A DNA stretch of 64,000 nucleotides, taken from positions 41,766-105,765 of the forward strand of contig NIVC01001990.1 of NCBI GenBank assembly GCA_002269645.1. Direction: 5' to 3'. Under the pieces are notes generated by a model. That model saw only the letters and a program-made list of their open reading frames with translations. It was not told the origin of the DNA and did no database searches. This document shows, in pieces, positions 1 through 10,532 of the stretch. The position numbers were made by a program, and so were the translations under genes. How positions within the stretch are numbered: position 1 is the stretch's first letter; the number at the start of each line of letters is the position of its first letter. Source of the DNA: Macrostomum lignano. Its lineage: Eukaryota.

Positions 1-2845
1 CCGTCTCTGTCCTTCTCCCCCGGCTCATCCCCGTTGGCGCCATCGTCCGGCCGCTCCGCGCCGCCATCGTTGCCCTCGCCGTCAGCTTCGCCGTCGCTTT
101 TATTGTCGTTTTGACCATCGTCTTCGTCTTCATCGGACGACTCGTCGGCATCATCGTTGTCGCTGCTGCTTGAATTGTCGTCTCCGTCGGCGACGCCGGC
201 AGCTGCGGCGGCGTCCTCCGGCATGGCTGAGTAGGCGGACAGCACCGAGGCGAGCTTGGCGCTGCCCTGGGCGGCGTTGCGCTCCAGGCGCTGGCGAAGA
301 TCGGCGTCGGCCTCGGCGGGGTCGGCCTCCAGGCTGCCGCTGGGGATTGGGATTGTTCATTTTTGATGGGGAGCGGACAACTGCGCGCCATTCACTGTAG
401 ATTTTTGCTAGATTACGCAGAGTCGATAGGTAAAGAGTAGATGTTAGAGTAGACAACAGGTAGAGAAGAGTTATATATACGGTAGACACACTGAAGTGGA
501 TAGACACAGTAAATATAGAAATAGACAGAGTAGAAATCGGGGTAGACAGGGTAGATATCGGGTAGGTAGGGTAGATATCGGGATAGACAGGGTAGATATC
601 AGGTACGTATGGTAGATATCGGGTAGGTAGGGTAGATATCGGGTAGGTAGCGTAGATATTGGGTAGGTAGGGTAGATATCGGGTAGGTAGGGTAGATATC
701 GGGTAGGCAGGGTAGATATCGGTGGGCCGATGGAGTAGAGTAGGCAGGCTAGAGTAGGTTTTGTGTTAGGCAGGAAACTAAAAAATATATAAAGCCACTC
801 ACCCGTCCGGCAGGTCGGTGAACAGACAGTCGAACAGGTCCCGCTTACGCCGATCTTGAAGCTGCTCGCCAACATCTTTAAATACGGTCTCAGCGCAGCG
901 CCGGACCTCGGCCTGAGACCAGCCCAATTTGTGGCGCCTGTTGCACCAGTTGACAATTTTCAGCACTTTTGGCAGATCGGGGAATCCGCGCCGCCTATTA
1001 ACGTAGCACTCGATGAGCTCGCCGATCTCCGGGTGGGCCGAGCAGTCGTAACGAAATCTGCGGCCAGAAAGTAGTGCGGCCGATTGGGGGGCCCGGCGAA
1101 GGCGGCACAGGCTGTTGTAGACCTGGAAAGTGTACAGCTGATACTCATTAACAAGCAAAACGATAGGATTATAAAGTGGGAAAATTGTCGGCTAACAGTC
1201 AAAAATAGATTGGGTTGACTACTTTTACTACAGATACGAATGAGTGGCCTGGTAGAAAAAATGACAGGAATAATCTAGACTTGTCAGCGAGACAAATCAT
1301 GACCATCGATTTGTCAGCGATAAGAATCATGACCATAGATTTGTCAGTGATAAGAATCATGACCATAGATTTGTCAGCGATAAGAATCATGACCATCGAT
1401 TTGTCAGCGATAAGAATCATGACCATCGATTTGTCAGCGATAAGAATCATGACCATCGATTTGTCAGCGATAAGAATCATGACCATCGATTTGTCAGCGA
1501 TAAGAATCATGACCATGGACTTGTCAAGAATAAGAATCATGACCATCGATTTGTCAGCGATAAGAATTATGACCATAGACTTGTCAAGAATAAGAATCAT
1601 GACCATAGACTTGTCAGCGATAAGAATCATGACCATAGACTTGTCAAGAATAAGAATCATGACCATAGACTTGTCAGGGAGAAGAATCATGACCATAGAC
1701 TTGTCAAGAATAAGAATCATGACCATAGACTTGTCAGCGATAAGAATCATGACCATAGACTTGTCAGCGATAAGAATCATGACCATAGACTTGTCAGCGA
1801 TAAGAATCATGACCATAGACTTGTCAGCGATAAGAATCATGACTTTCAGACTCCTTTCGCCTTGTGATCCATGTCAGGCAGACAGCACACACACCTGCAC
1901 AGCGCGCTGCTTCAGCCGGTCCTCCTGCAAGTAGACGCTGCTCTCCGAGCTCAAATCATTCAGACTCATCTCGAGCTGCTGCAGTCGCTTAATCTTAGTT
2001 AATATGCGGCACAGGCAGTCCTGCAGCGCCCGAGCTTTCTGACGCTCCTCAGGCGTCAAGTCGGCGTCGTCGCCAGCTCGATTATCGAAATCGCTGGCCG
2101 ATAACTGGCCGGGCAGCTTCGGCAGCGGGCCAGACGAAGTGGACGGCCGATCTGCCGGCAGGCGAGGATCCGGCGAATCGGCCAGGCGAGTCAAAGCGAT
2201 TCGACGCTTCTTCGGCAAGGGTTCGGCTTCTTCTTCTTTATGATCTTCCTCGTTCCGCTCGATTTCTCGAACATGATCTTGCTGCGAATCTGTATCTGCT
2301 TTTGTGGAGCCGCCGGATTTCTCCGTCTCATTATCCGAGTCATTCTCTCCGTCATCATCGTCTCCGGAGCTAGGTTCAGCTTCCTTAGCTGCATCGGCCT
2401 CTTCACTATTGCCAGCAGCGTCATCATCATCATCGGACGCTTTGCCGGACACGTCCTCGCCGGACGCTTTCTCAGTTTCATCGTCGACACGTCGCTCCGG
2501 TACGGCGTCGCTTGGAGCATCGGCAAGAGACTCCTGCAGGTCTAGCCGCGAGTCCAGCGCGCACACCAGTTTAAAAGCGCCGGCGCAAATGTCCCGCCGG
2601 AGACTGTCGAACAGGCGACGCGCTCCGGCCGGCGTCAGCCGATTGACGGACCGGCTGGCCACGGCGGCGTCGAAATGGCGTCGCAGGCTGCGCAACAATA
2701 TCCTGTCGTAGTCGTCATTGTGCAACAGATTCGATAGGAATGACTCCAGCTGGCACCACGCGGCCTCAAATTCGGCCAATTCGCCGCCAGCCGACGCTGA
2801 TCCAGCCTCGTCATGCTGGCGTTGATGCCGCTGTTGATTCTGCAT
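1..2845 (-). CDS. DAXX: Daxx-like histone H3.3 chaperone / death domain-associated protein, partial (continues off left edge). Exons about 2845-1895, 1122-803, 339-<1
   Basis: Spliced translation gives ILTKIKRLQQLEMSLNDLSSESSVYLQEDRLK, RRFRYDCSAHPEIGELIE...FPDLPKVL...VFKDVGEQLQDRRKRDL and DPAEADADLRQRLERN, matching the Daxx histone-binding domain, followed by an acidic tract. Junction phases are compatible (CAG|gtgtgt 1895, ccag|GTC 1122, GG|gtgagt 803, ccccag|C 339). The start at 2845 is uncertain because ATGCAG also forms an acceptor. Confidence 0.85.
538..722. repeat. 20-bp minisatellite (GGTAGATATCGGGTAGGTAG) in Daxx intron
   Basis: About 9 tandem units seen directly. Confidence 0.9.
1278..1843. 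repeat. 30-bp minisatellite (ACTTGTCAGCGATAAGAATCATGACCATAG) filling Daxx intron
   Basis: About 19 units; explains ORFs 1199..1840 and 1215..1934. Confidence 0.97.
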
Positions 2846-2968
2846 GAAACACAGGCATCATAGTAGAGCACGGGGCACACTTGTGATATCAGGGCTTATG
2901 CTCTAGCTTAGGCTTACCCCTTTCCTATAGGTATAACAGGTAAAATAGAAAAGAAAGCGACACTAGAC

Positions 2969-3212
2969 CAGGGATTGGCAAACTTTTTTATTTCAAGGGC
3001 CAGATAGAACATCTAGCGCATGACTGCTGAGGGGAGAGAGGAGGGAACCCAGTATAGAGAGGAGAAATAGGAGTAAGGAGAGGCGAAGGAGACAAGAGGA
3101 GAGGAGAGAAAAGAGACGAGAGCTGAGAAGAGAAACCTTGAGCGGGCCGGATTGCTACTGAGAGGCTTCGCAGGCCGCATGTGGCCCGCGGGTCGGGGTT
3201 TGCCGACCCCTG
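2969..3212 (+). mobile_element. hAT (Charlie-like) MITE, 244 bp, intact
   Basis: TIRs CAGGGATTGGCAAAC / GTTTGCCGACCCCTG. Flanks CACTAGAC / CTCTAGAC form an 8-bp TSD with one mismatch and an NTCTAGAN-type target. Subterminal GGGCCAGATA and GGCCGCATGTGGCCCGCGGG motifs are present. Confidence 0.85.
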
Positions 3213-3914
3213 CTCTAGACGACTCTGAAACGACCAGATGTCACGGTAAAAGTCGTCTAAGAGTCAATTTGAGGCGCTTTATTGTCTGCGACTCAGGGGT
3301 CGTATCTGAGGCGTGCTGGAGTCGCTGCAGAACCACTGAGTTGCGTCTAAAGCGCATCCGCGTCACTTTATGAATTAGAATCGCATTTTGCATTTATAAC
3401 AAACTCTTAGTCTACTTGAGTTAGTAGAAAGTTAAGCGCTAACACAACGACTCTTCGATGACTTACTCGCGACTCGCAAGTATAGAATGACACATGCGAA
3501 TTATTGTCTATGGCTAAGACATAGGTTTCGCCTATGCTATGACTTCGGCCATAGATAAAAGTGAACAATACTGTTTTGCTGTTATCTATGGCCAAAGCTA
3601 ATTACCCAGAATCCCAGATAATGGAATTACAGTCTGCTCATAATCTGGTATAAGAGGAGGGTGGTATACAACTGTAACTACAACTTATCAAAACATTGTT
3701 CAACATCTTCTGTAGGTAAAACGAACTGAATGAAATAAAAGAAAATCCAAATTTTTACTCAATGTTGTTAACAAAAATGCGAAACAACAGTTCTTGGATC
3801 AAGTTTTAATTTTTTTATTAGCTAAACAAACATAAACTAGAAAACTATTTCTCAAGTCGAACAGCGCAGTCACGGAGTCACAACATTGCAGCAAATGTAA
3901 AACAGACTTCTACT

Positions 3915-6900
3915 TCATTCGTAGTACTTCCTATTGCCAGGCACAATAGGCGACTGTAATAGGCCGCGCGTGACAACAGGCGCCGGCGGCTCGGCATTGG
4001 GCGGCACAATGCCCAGCTCAGAATGGTACTGCTTCACCAAGTCTGTCAGGCTCTGCAATTTTGGTTGGGTTGCTAATCAATTAGGATCTGTGCTTTTAGC
4101 TGGGTATCTATATGGCTATTCAGTGCAGTTTGAGGGGCTATTCGGTGCAGTTTGAGGGGCTATTCGGTGCAGTTTGAGGGGCTATTCAGTGCAGTTTGAG
4201 GGGCTATTCAGTGCAGTTTGAGGGGCTATTCGGTGCAGTTTGAGGGGCTATTCGGTGCAGTTTGAGGGGCTATTCAGTGCAGTTTGAGGGGCTATTCGGT
4301 GCAGTTTGAGGGGCTATTCGGTGCAGTTTGAGGGGCTATTCAGTGCAGTTTGAGGGGCTATTCAGTGCAGTTTGAGGGGCTATTCGGTGCAGTTTGAGGG
4401 GCTATTCGGTGCAGTTTGAGGGGCTATTCGGTGCAGTTTGAGGGGCTATTCAGTGCAGTTTGAGGGGCTATTCGGTGCAGTTTGAGGGGCTATTCGGTGC
4501 AGTTTGAGGGGCTATTCGGTGCAGTTTGAGGGGCTATTCAGTGCAGTTTGAGGAGCTATTTAATGGTTGGTTTGAAAACAATTTACCAATGCCTTGGTTG
4601 ATAATTTAAAACTTATTAAGATTTAGGATGCACATGCTATAAACTGAACATACATGAGACACGTTTTAAATCATATACCTTAAAGCTGTAGGGCTCATAA
4701 ATAGCCAACTGCTGAAGCATCTTGCGGTTAAGCTGTATGTTCATCCGACCCAAGCCGTCGACAAGCATTTTGCCAGGGATACCGTGCTGAGCGCAAGCAG
4801 CGTCAATTCGTTCGTCGCACAGCTGTTTAAATCTGTCCTTGCGAACAGCGCGCATCGCGTTCATGTGCTGGAAGGCCTTGATAACGCGCTGCTCGGCTAG
4901 ACGAAAGCATCGACTGGATCGGCCGCGGAATAACTACAAATTTGTGGTTGATATTGTGAGGGAATTAAATGATAGCTATTCACTCGCTAATTACTACTGC
5001 GACAGTCCATAGAAGCAGTAGGGTATTAGGCATCCACATTTGCCAATGAAATATGCTGGAATTTTTAAAGGACGACCTCAAAAGATACTTATTGCAAGAA
5101 TTAACCAAGGGGTTGTTGAGCCTAACATCAGAAAGTCAACAGGCCATTTTATATCTATCTATGCTACTGACCTATTCTACTTATATGTGTAGTATTGATA
5201 TGAGTATGACGGTTTTGAGGCTGCTGATTTCAGCGGCCTGAAGCTTCGATCTAAATCTATGTAATTTAAAACCAAAATGATTTTCTTCCCTATAGAGGTT
5301 AGGCATGAGAACCTATAGCAACTTAATATAAAATTAATAAAAGCTTATATGGATACCACAAATATTTACAGCAAAACTTTTTAGTCTATCTATTACTATG
5401 CCTCTTAGTCTAAGCAAGACTACATGGATTGGTAGTATCTTAAGGAAAGGGCCTATGGAAAAAAACTAAATGCTAGCTTTTTAACACTTGACAACAATAT
5501 TCTAGCCTATACAACCCAAGTTATACTAAATTATACTATCATTGCAAGGTTTGAAAGATTTCTTTATCTAGGCTATTAACTATACCTAGCCCCTCAACTT
5601 CTATCTTGCAATATTGTGCTGATTTAAACATGCATTAAAAATGATCACAATGCTTAAAAGACAAAACACAAAAATGTTGAAAAATTAATATACAAAACAT
5701 TTTTAATATAAAATAAACTGTTTTAATACTTGATAAATTTTCTAAAGTAACATGGACAGAAGAATAGTCACATGATGACTATTCTTAGCCAATAAAAATT
5801 ATATATATCATTCATTGTGCCTGCCTACTGATACTATAAGTATGACTACTATAAACTTTTAGCATTGCAAGCACTTATTTAAAATACCCCACTCCTAAAT
5901 CTTACAAATATGCCAGAAAATTCTGGCATACAATAGATATTAAAAAAGTTATCTTTATATGCAATATATGAAAAATGCTTTTAGATGAATAATTGCAAAC
6001 CAAAATGGTACTTCAACAAAGTTTTAGTAGATTTTTTTAAAATTCACAATGTGAACTTAAAGAAAACACAAACAAGGTTTAAAATTAAAAAGTGCTTATG
6101 AAAGCTAGAAAAATTGATATTTTATTTTAATTTAACTTTCAATTTAATTTAAATATTATTAGACTTTTTGGCATTCTTTTGTTGTATAATACCTATAGCC
6201 TAATTGATTACTTATATCAATTTTGTTATAAGATACCTTATAGAAAATAGTGAGAATTGAAATAGACATAGCCATGATTGAAAAAATACTATAATTATAG
6301 CTTACTAGAGCACAATCCCTATATTCACTTTTATTATATGATGCACTAAATGGAGAATTTGTTAAGAAAAGTTATAAAACAAAAATGAGGGGGTGTGTGG
6401 AAATAAAAATGAGAGATAATAATAATAATTAGATGTAACCATACAAGAATCCTACAATTGTAGCTTAATTATTAAAGCACAATTCTTATATTCACTTTCA
6501 TTATATGATGCCTTTGAGACAATTTATTATTGTCATATAAAGATTGTGCTTTTATATGATGCCTTTGAGACAATTTATTACTGTCATATAAAGATTGTGC
6601 TCTAATAAGCTATAGGATTATTGCAATCATGGCTATATCTATTGCAATTCTTACTATTTTCCAAGGATATATACAAATTTGGCAAAAGCAAATTTGGCAA
6701 AAGCAAATTTGGCAAAAGCAAATTTGGCAACAATTTAGTGTACGCAACTTTGGTGACAAGTCTTTTTAAGTCTAATTTATTAAATATAACTTTGGTAACT
6801 GCTAATTTGGTAATAAAGCAAATTTAGGACTGTCAACACTATATATAATCTAATACCATCATACCAAAAGAATCAATAAATTTATATAGAACTATTCTAT

Positions 6901-9900
6901 TGCCAAATTTGTCTATGGTGAATCTCTGTCACCAAATTTGTTTGTTGTTGAATTGGTTAATACCTATTTTTCAATCGCCACACTTAGAGCATGGCTGCCA
7001 TGTCTCTAATAGGGACTAGGTCCATATTTATAGACATGGCTGCCATGTATACAAGTTTCTGCATTATAGACATGGCCACCATGTTTATAAGTATCACTAT
7101 TAGAGACATGGCCGCCATGTTGATGAAACTTGCATAGCAGCCATGTCATTAATATTGAATGGGTTCATACTTAAAGACATAGTGGGTGGCTATATTGTTA
7201 ATACTGAATGGGTTTACACTTACAGACATAGTGGATAGCCATGTCATTAATATTGAATGGGTTCACAGTTGGAGACACAGTGGGTGGCCATGTCTGTCAT
7301 TAATATTGAATGGGTTCATATTTAGAGACAAGGTGGGTGGCCATGTCTATAATATTGGAGCTTATAGGCATGGCTGCCATGTATATAATCATCAATATAG
7401 AATGCATGTTCTATAGGGCTCTTGCATAAGCAAATGGTGGCTTAGTGGATAAGTTAATTGCCTTGTGATTGCATGAAAAGGTTTGAATCCCAAGTGGTTA
7501 GTTTTTTTTAATTTGATTTTTAAAAACTAAATTAAATTAAAATTTTAAGGGTAACTTTAAATTTTAAAGTGCAGCCATAATTATATATGTAGCTAAAAAA
7601 ATATTTTTTTGATATATATATTGGCCACATTTTGTCATGAGTTTAACATTATATAGCTTTACTAAACACATAAGACTTGAGAATAAATGAAATCTAGTAA
7701 TAACTGAAGAGCATGAACAAAAATGTGGCAAACTTCTTATAATATAAAATTTGTAATAATTTGTAAGTTCAAATACTTATAGATATAGCTACATATATAT
7801 TTGCAGTTGCACATTAAGATTTAGCAAATTTCTCCTATTCAAAAATTTAATTAAAATTATTATTTTATTTTACTTAAAAAACTTAAAAGTTAAAGATGGA
7901 AAAAATTCTATTCACTAAAAAAAATTTAAATAAAAAAAACATGGACCTTTTGGGATTTAAACCTTCCTACATGCAATCGCAAAGCATATCCACTAAGCCA
8001 CCATTTGCTTATAAAAGAGCCCTACAGAACACACATTTTATATTGATGATAATAGCTGTGCCTTTAAGCTCAAATTATAGACATGGCCACTGTGCCTATA
8101 AGTACTCCATTTTTAAATAGGTATCATAACAAAATTAATATAAAATGTACCAGGTACACGCATTGAAACGTTACACTTACTATTTTTCGTTTTCGTTTTT
8201 TGTTTTTTGTTTTTGGGGCCTATAAATTCAGACACGAGTGACTTTAGAGAGTCTAAAGTTTGCATACAAAATTTGATTCCAATTGCTCTTGAAATGGCCA
8301 AGTACGAGAAGATTCAAAAAAAGATAGTCGAAAAGCTTTGCGCGGATGAGAAGCCAGCGTCAATTGCAAGACAGCTTCGTGTCTCAAGAATGCGAGTCTA
8401 CCGAACCAAAAAGCTCCTTAACAAGACTGGGGACACGAAAGCTCGGCATGGCGGTGGGCACTCCCACACATCTCACACTGCTGCCACGATTCGAGCCATT
8501 AAACAATGGATTCGTCGAAATCCCAGGAGGAGCATCCGGCAGCTGGCATGTGACTTTAGCATGGCTGAGTCCACGATGAGGAAACTCATCAAAGATGACC
8601 TGGGCATGCACAGCAGGGCTGTTGTTACCTGGCACAGTGTCTGCCAACCAAAAGCGCTGTTGTGTAGAGAGGGCCAGAGGTCTGCTGAACTGGCTGAAGT
8701 CCCATGGTGGACTCATGCACGTCTTCTCGGACAAGAAGCTGTTCACCATTGATGCTGTCGTCAACAGGAGAAATGATTGCTGCATCGTCTCTGGGCCAGT
8801 GTCGGAGATCCCAAGCAATGTTCAGGTGATTCAACACTGCAAGCACCCTGCCTTGGTGATGGTTCTGGGCGTCATCACGTCTGATGGCCAAAAGTGCCCA
8901 CCAATCTTCATTGAGGCTGGTGTGAAAATTAACTCGGCAACGTACCAGGAGCTGCTGAGGACACAAGTCTTGCCCTGGTTGCAGCAAAGGTACCCAAGAG
9001 ATGACTACGTGTTTCAGCAGGATGGCGTTCCAGCTCATACTGCAAGGACAACGCAGGCATTTTTGGCAGTCAACTTTAGCAATTTCTGGAATAAGGACAT
9101 CTGGCCTCCCTCATCGCCTGATTTGAACCCCTTAGGCTTCTATTTCTGGGCGGATGTGGAGGAGGCCTGCCGAGTTCAACACAGGAGCACGGCGGATCTG
9201 CGTGCTGCCATCTGTAGGGCATGAGAAAAAATTATAAACCAGGAGGTTGCCAGAGCTGTGCAGACTTTTTGGTAGCGTTTTCAAAGAGTCGTGGAAGCTG
9301 GCAGAGGATTTATTGTATAACCTTTTCCTATATATGATGGACTAACATATAGAGTATATTTTATTGCAATTGTGAGAAGTGTCATTTGGTCACTGTGCAT
9401 GAAAATATATTTTTTGTAAAAGTATAACCTTTCAATGCGCACACCTGGTAAGTATTATATTTATAAAATAAAATAATTCTAATTCTTAGTGCTATTGAAC
9501 ACTAGAACTCTAGCTATGCATAGATCAATAAAAATATAGGCCTTGATACACAAATTTGTATTTAGTTTTGAACATAGCATAGAGAGTGTGCCGCATAGAG
9601 TATACTCTAAAAATATGCTATAATTTTTTGCATATATGATACCTTTCTGAGTTTAACTTTAGGGCTAGGCATACACCCAACATCTTTAAAACAAGCCCCA
9701 CCCCTTATATTGGCAAGTCCTAGTGAGACACTCACTGAACTGAAGTCCCTAATATTGCTAATTGAGATTGCTAATTAAAATTAAGACTATCAACTATGCT
9801 ATCTAATATAGTATACTATCTGGTAGCATAAATGGATGCAAAAATATTAGACATGGTGACTATCACATATTCAGACTGATGTTAGACTTAAAGAACAGAA

Positions 9901-10062
9901 TATGCAATAGTCAATACCAATACAAGGCTAAAACAACAAGATTACTTCAAATACTTTACTTACAAAGGAAAACTGAAGATATAAATTGCGAAGATAGAAG
10001 GGATCATTATTTCGATAAATTTTAGGGATTCTTCGTACCCATAAAGGACAGGTGAGGTGCAT
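3915..10062 (-). CDS. MRPL20: Mitochondrial ribosomal protein L20 (bL20m). Exons 10062-9964, 4933-4679, 4052-3915
   Basis: MHLTCPLWVRRIPK...FSF|LFRGRSSRCFRLAEQRV...ERIDAACAQHG...IQLNRKMLQQLAIYEPYSFK|SLTDLVK. L20 motifs FRGR and LNRK.L..LAIYEP.SF are present, with phase-0 GT-AG junctions and AATAAA at 3819-3814. Confidence 0.9.
4118..4560. repeat. 22-bp minisatellite (GTGCAGTTTGAGGGGCTATTCR) in MRPL20 intron 2
   Basis: About 20 near-perfect units. Confidence 0.97.
6985..8105. repeat. Degenerate foldback/palindromic AT-rich element; arms about 7330-7650 and 7710-8105, with repeated ACATGGCNGCCATGT palindromic motifs
   Basis: 7405-7495 is the reverse complement of about 7945-8030, and the match extends inward and outward. 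Confidence 0.6.
8150..9448 (+). mobile_element. Tc1/mariner maT (DD37D) transposon, full length but inactive, in MRPL20 intron 1
   Basis: Imperfect 28-bp TIRs (CCAGGTACACGCATTGAAACGTTACACT / reverse complement CCAGGTGTGCGCATTGAAAGGTTATACT) with a TA TSD. Transposase starts at ATG 8294 with motifs FSDKKLF, FQQDGVPAH and WPPSSPDLNPLG. 37 residues separate the second D from the third catalytic position (now G). Frameshift near 8630 and premature TGA at 9222. Confidence 0.93.
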
Positions 10063-10532
10063 ACTGATATGCTAATATTAAAACACTAAGACAAGTGAAG
10101 TTTTATAGTATATAAAGTTTATTTTTACCAAAAATTCAGATTGGGACCATTCAGTGAGTCCGACTAGTTGAACGAATTATGCTTTAATTTTTTAGAAATT
10201 TAAAAACACACTTTGGTTATAACACAATAAGTTGTTTGTTAGATTTAATAGTACTTAAATGCTGAAAAAATTAAACTACTTAATTTAAAAACTAATATTT
10301 TTTTAATCAACTTTTTAAAAAAACTCAAGTCTTTCTGTCGACATAGATTTGCCGTCAAATTTTAATTCTTAAATGAGATGTGCAAATAATATCAGGCTCA
10401 TTGTTTCAGAAGCACTTGCTAGAAGTTAAAAAGTGTAAAGCACCTATTGCGAAGCTCTTTGGCTTTAAATCGTCTTCATTAAAAAACAGTTATCGTGTTT
10501 ATTATTGTAAAAGACAGTTTTTGTTTGACACA
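10063..10532. promoter_or_regulatory. Candidate bidirectional promoter between head-to-head MRPL20 and PGD
   Basis: ATG-to-ATG distance is about 470 bp; CpGs are retained here although the flanks lack them. Confidence 0.55.

Noticed and set aside
151-507. 118-aa minus-strand ORF as Daxx exon 3
   Set aside because: The Daxx-homologous sequence is in a different frame, entered through the acceptor at 339.
1199-1934. Long repetitive ORFs on both strands (MVMILIADKS / IMTIDLSAIR)
   Set aside because: They are translations of the 30-bp intronic array. The same applies to the ORFs at 15979-16430, 21242-22103, 32524-33141, 34543-35224, 43487-44180, 52589-53086, 54167-54839, 56791-58403 and 59338-60148.
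2191-2880. Alternative-frame and antisense ORFs over Daxx, and similar ones over PGD, ACL4, CSE1L and the ZF gene
   Set aside because: These are shadow ORFs expected in GC-rich coding DNA and show no recognisable motifs.
6655-6960. TTTGGCAAAAGCAAA 15-bp tandem and related motifs at 11030-11140
   Set aside because: Probably subterminal repeats of an old DNA element, but boundaries are not definable.
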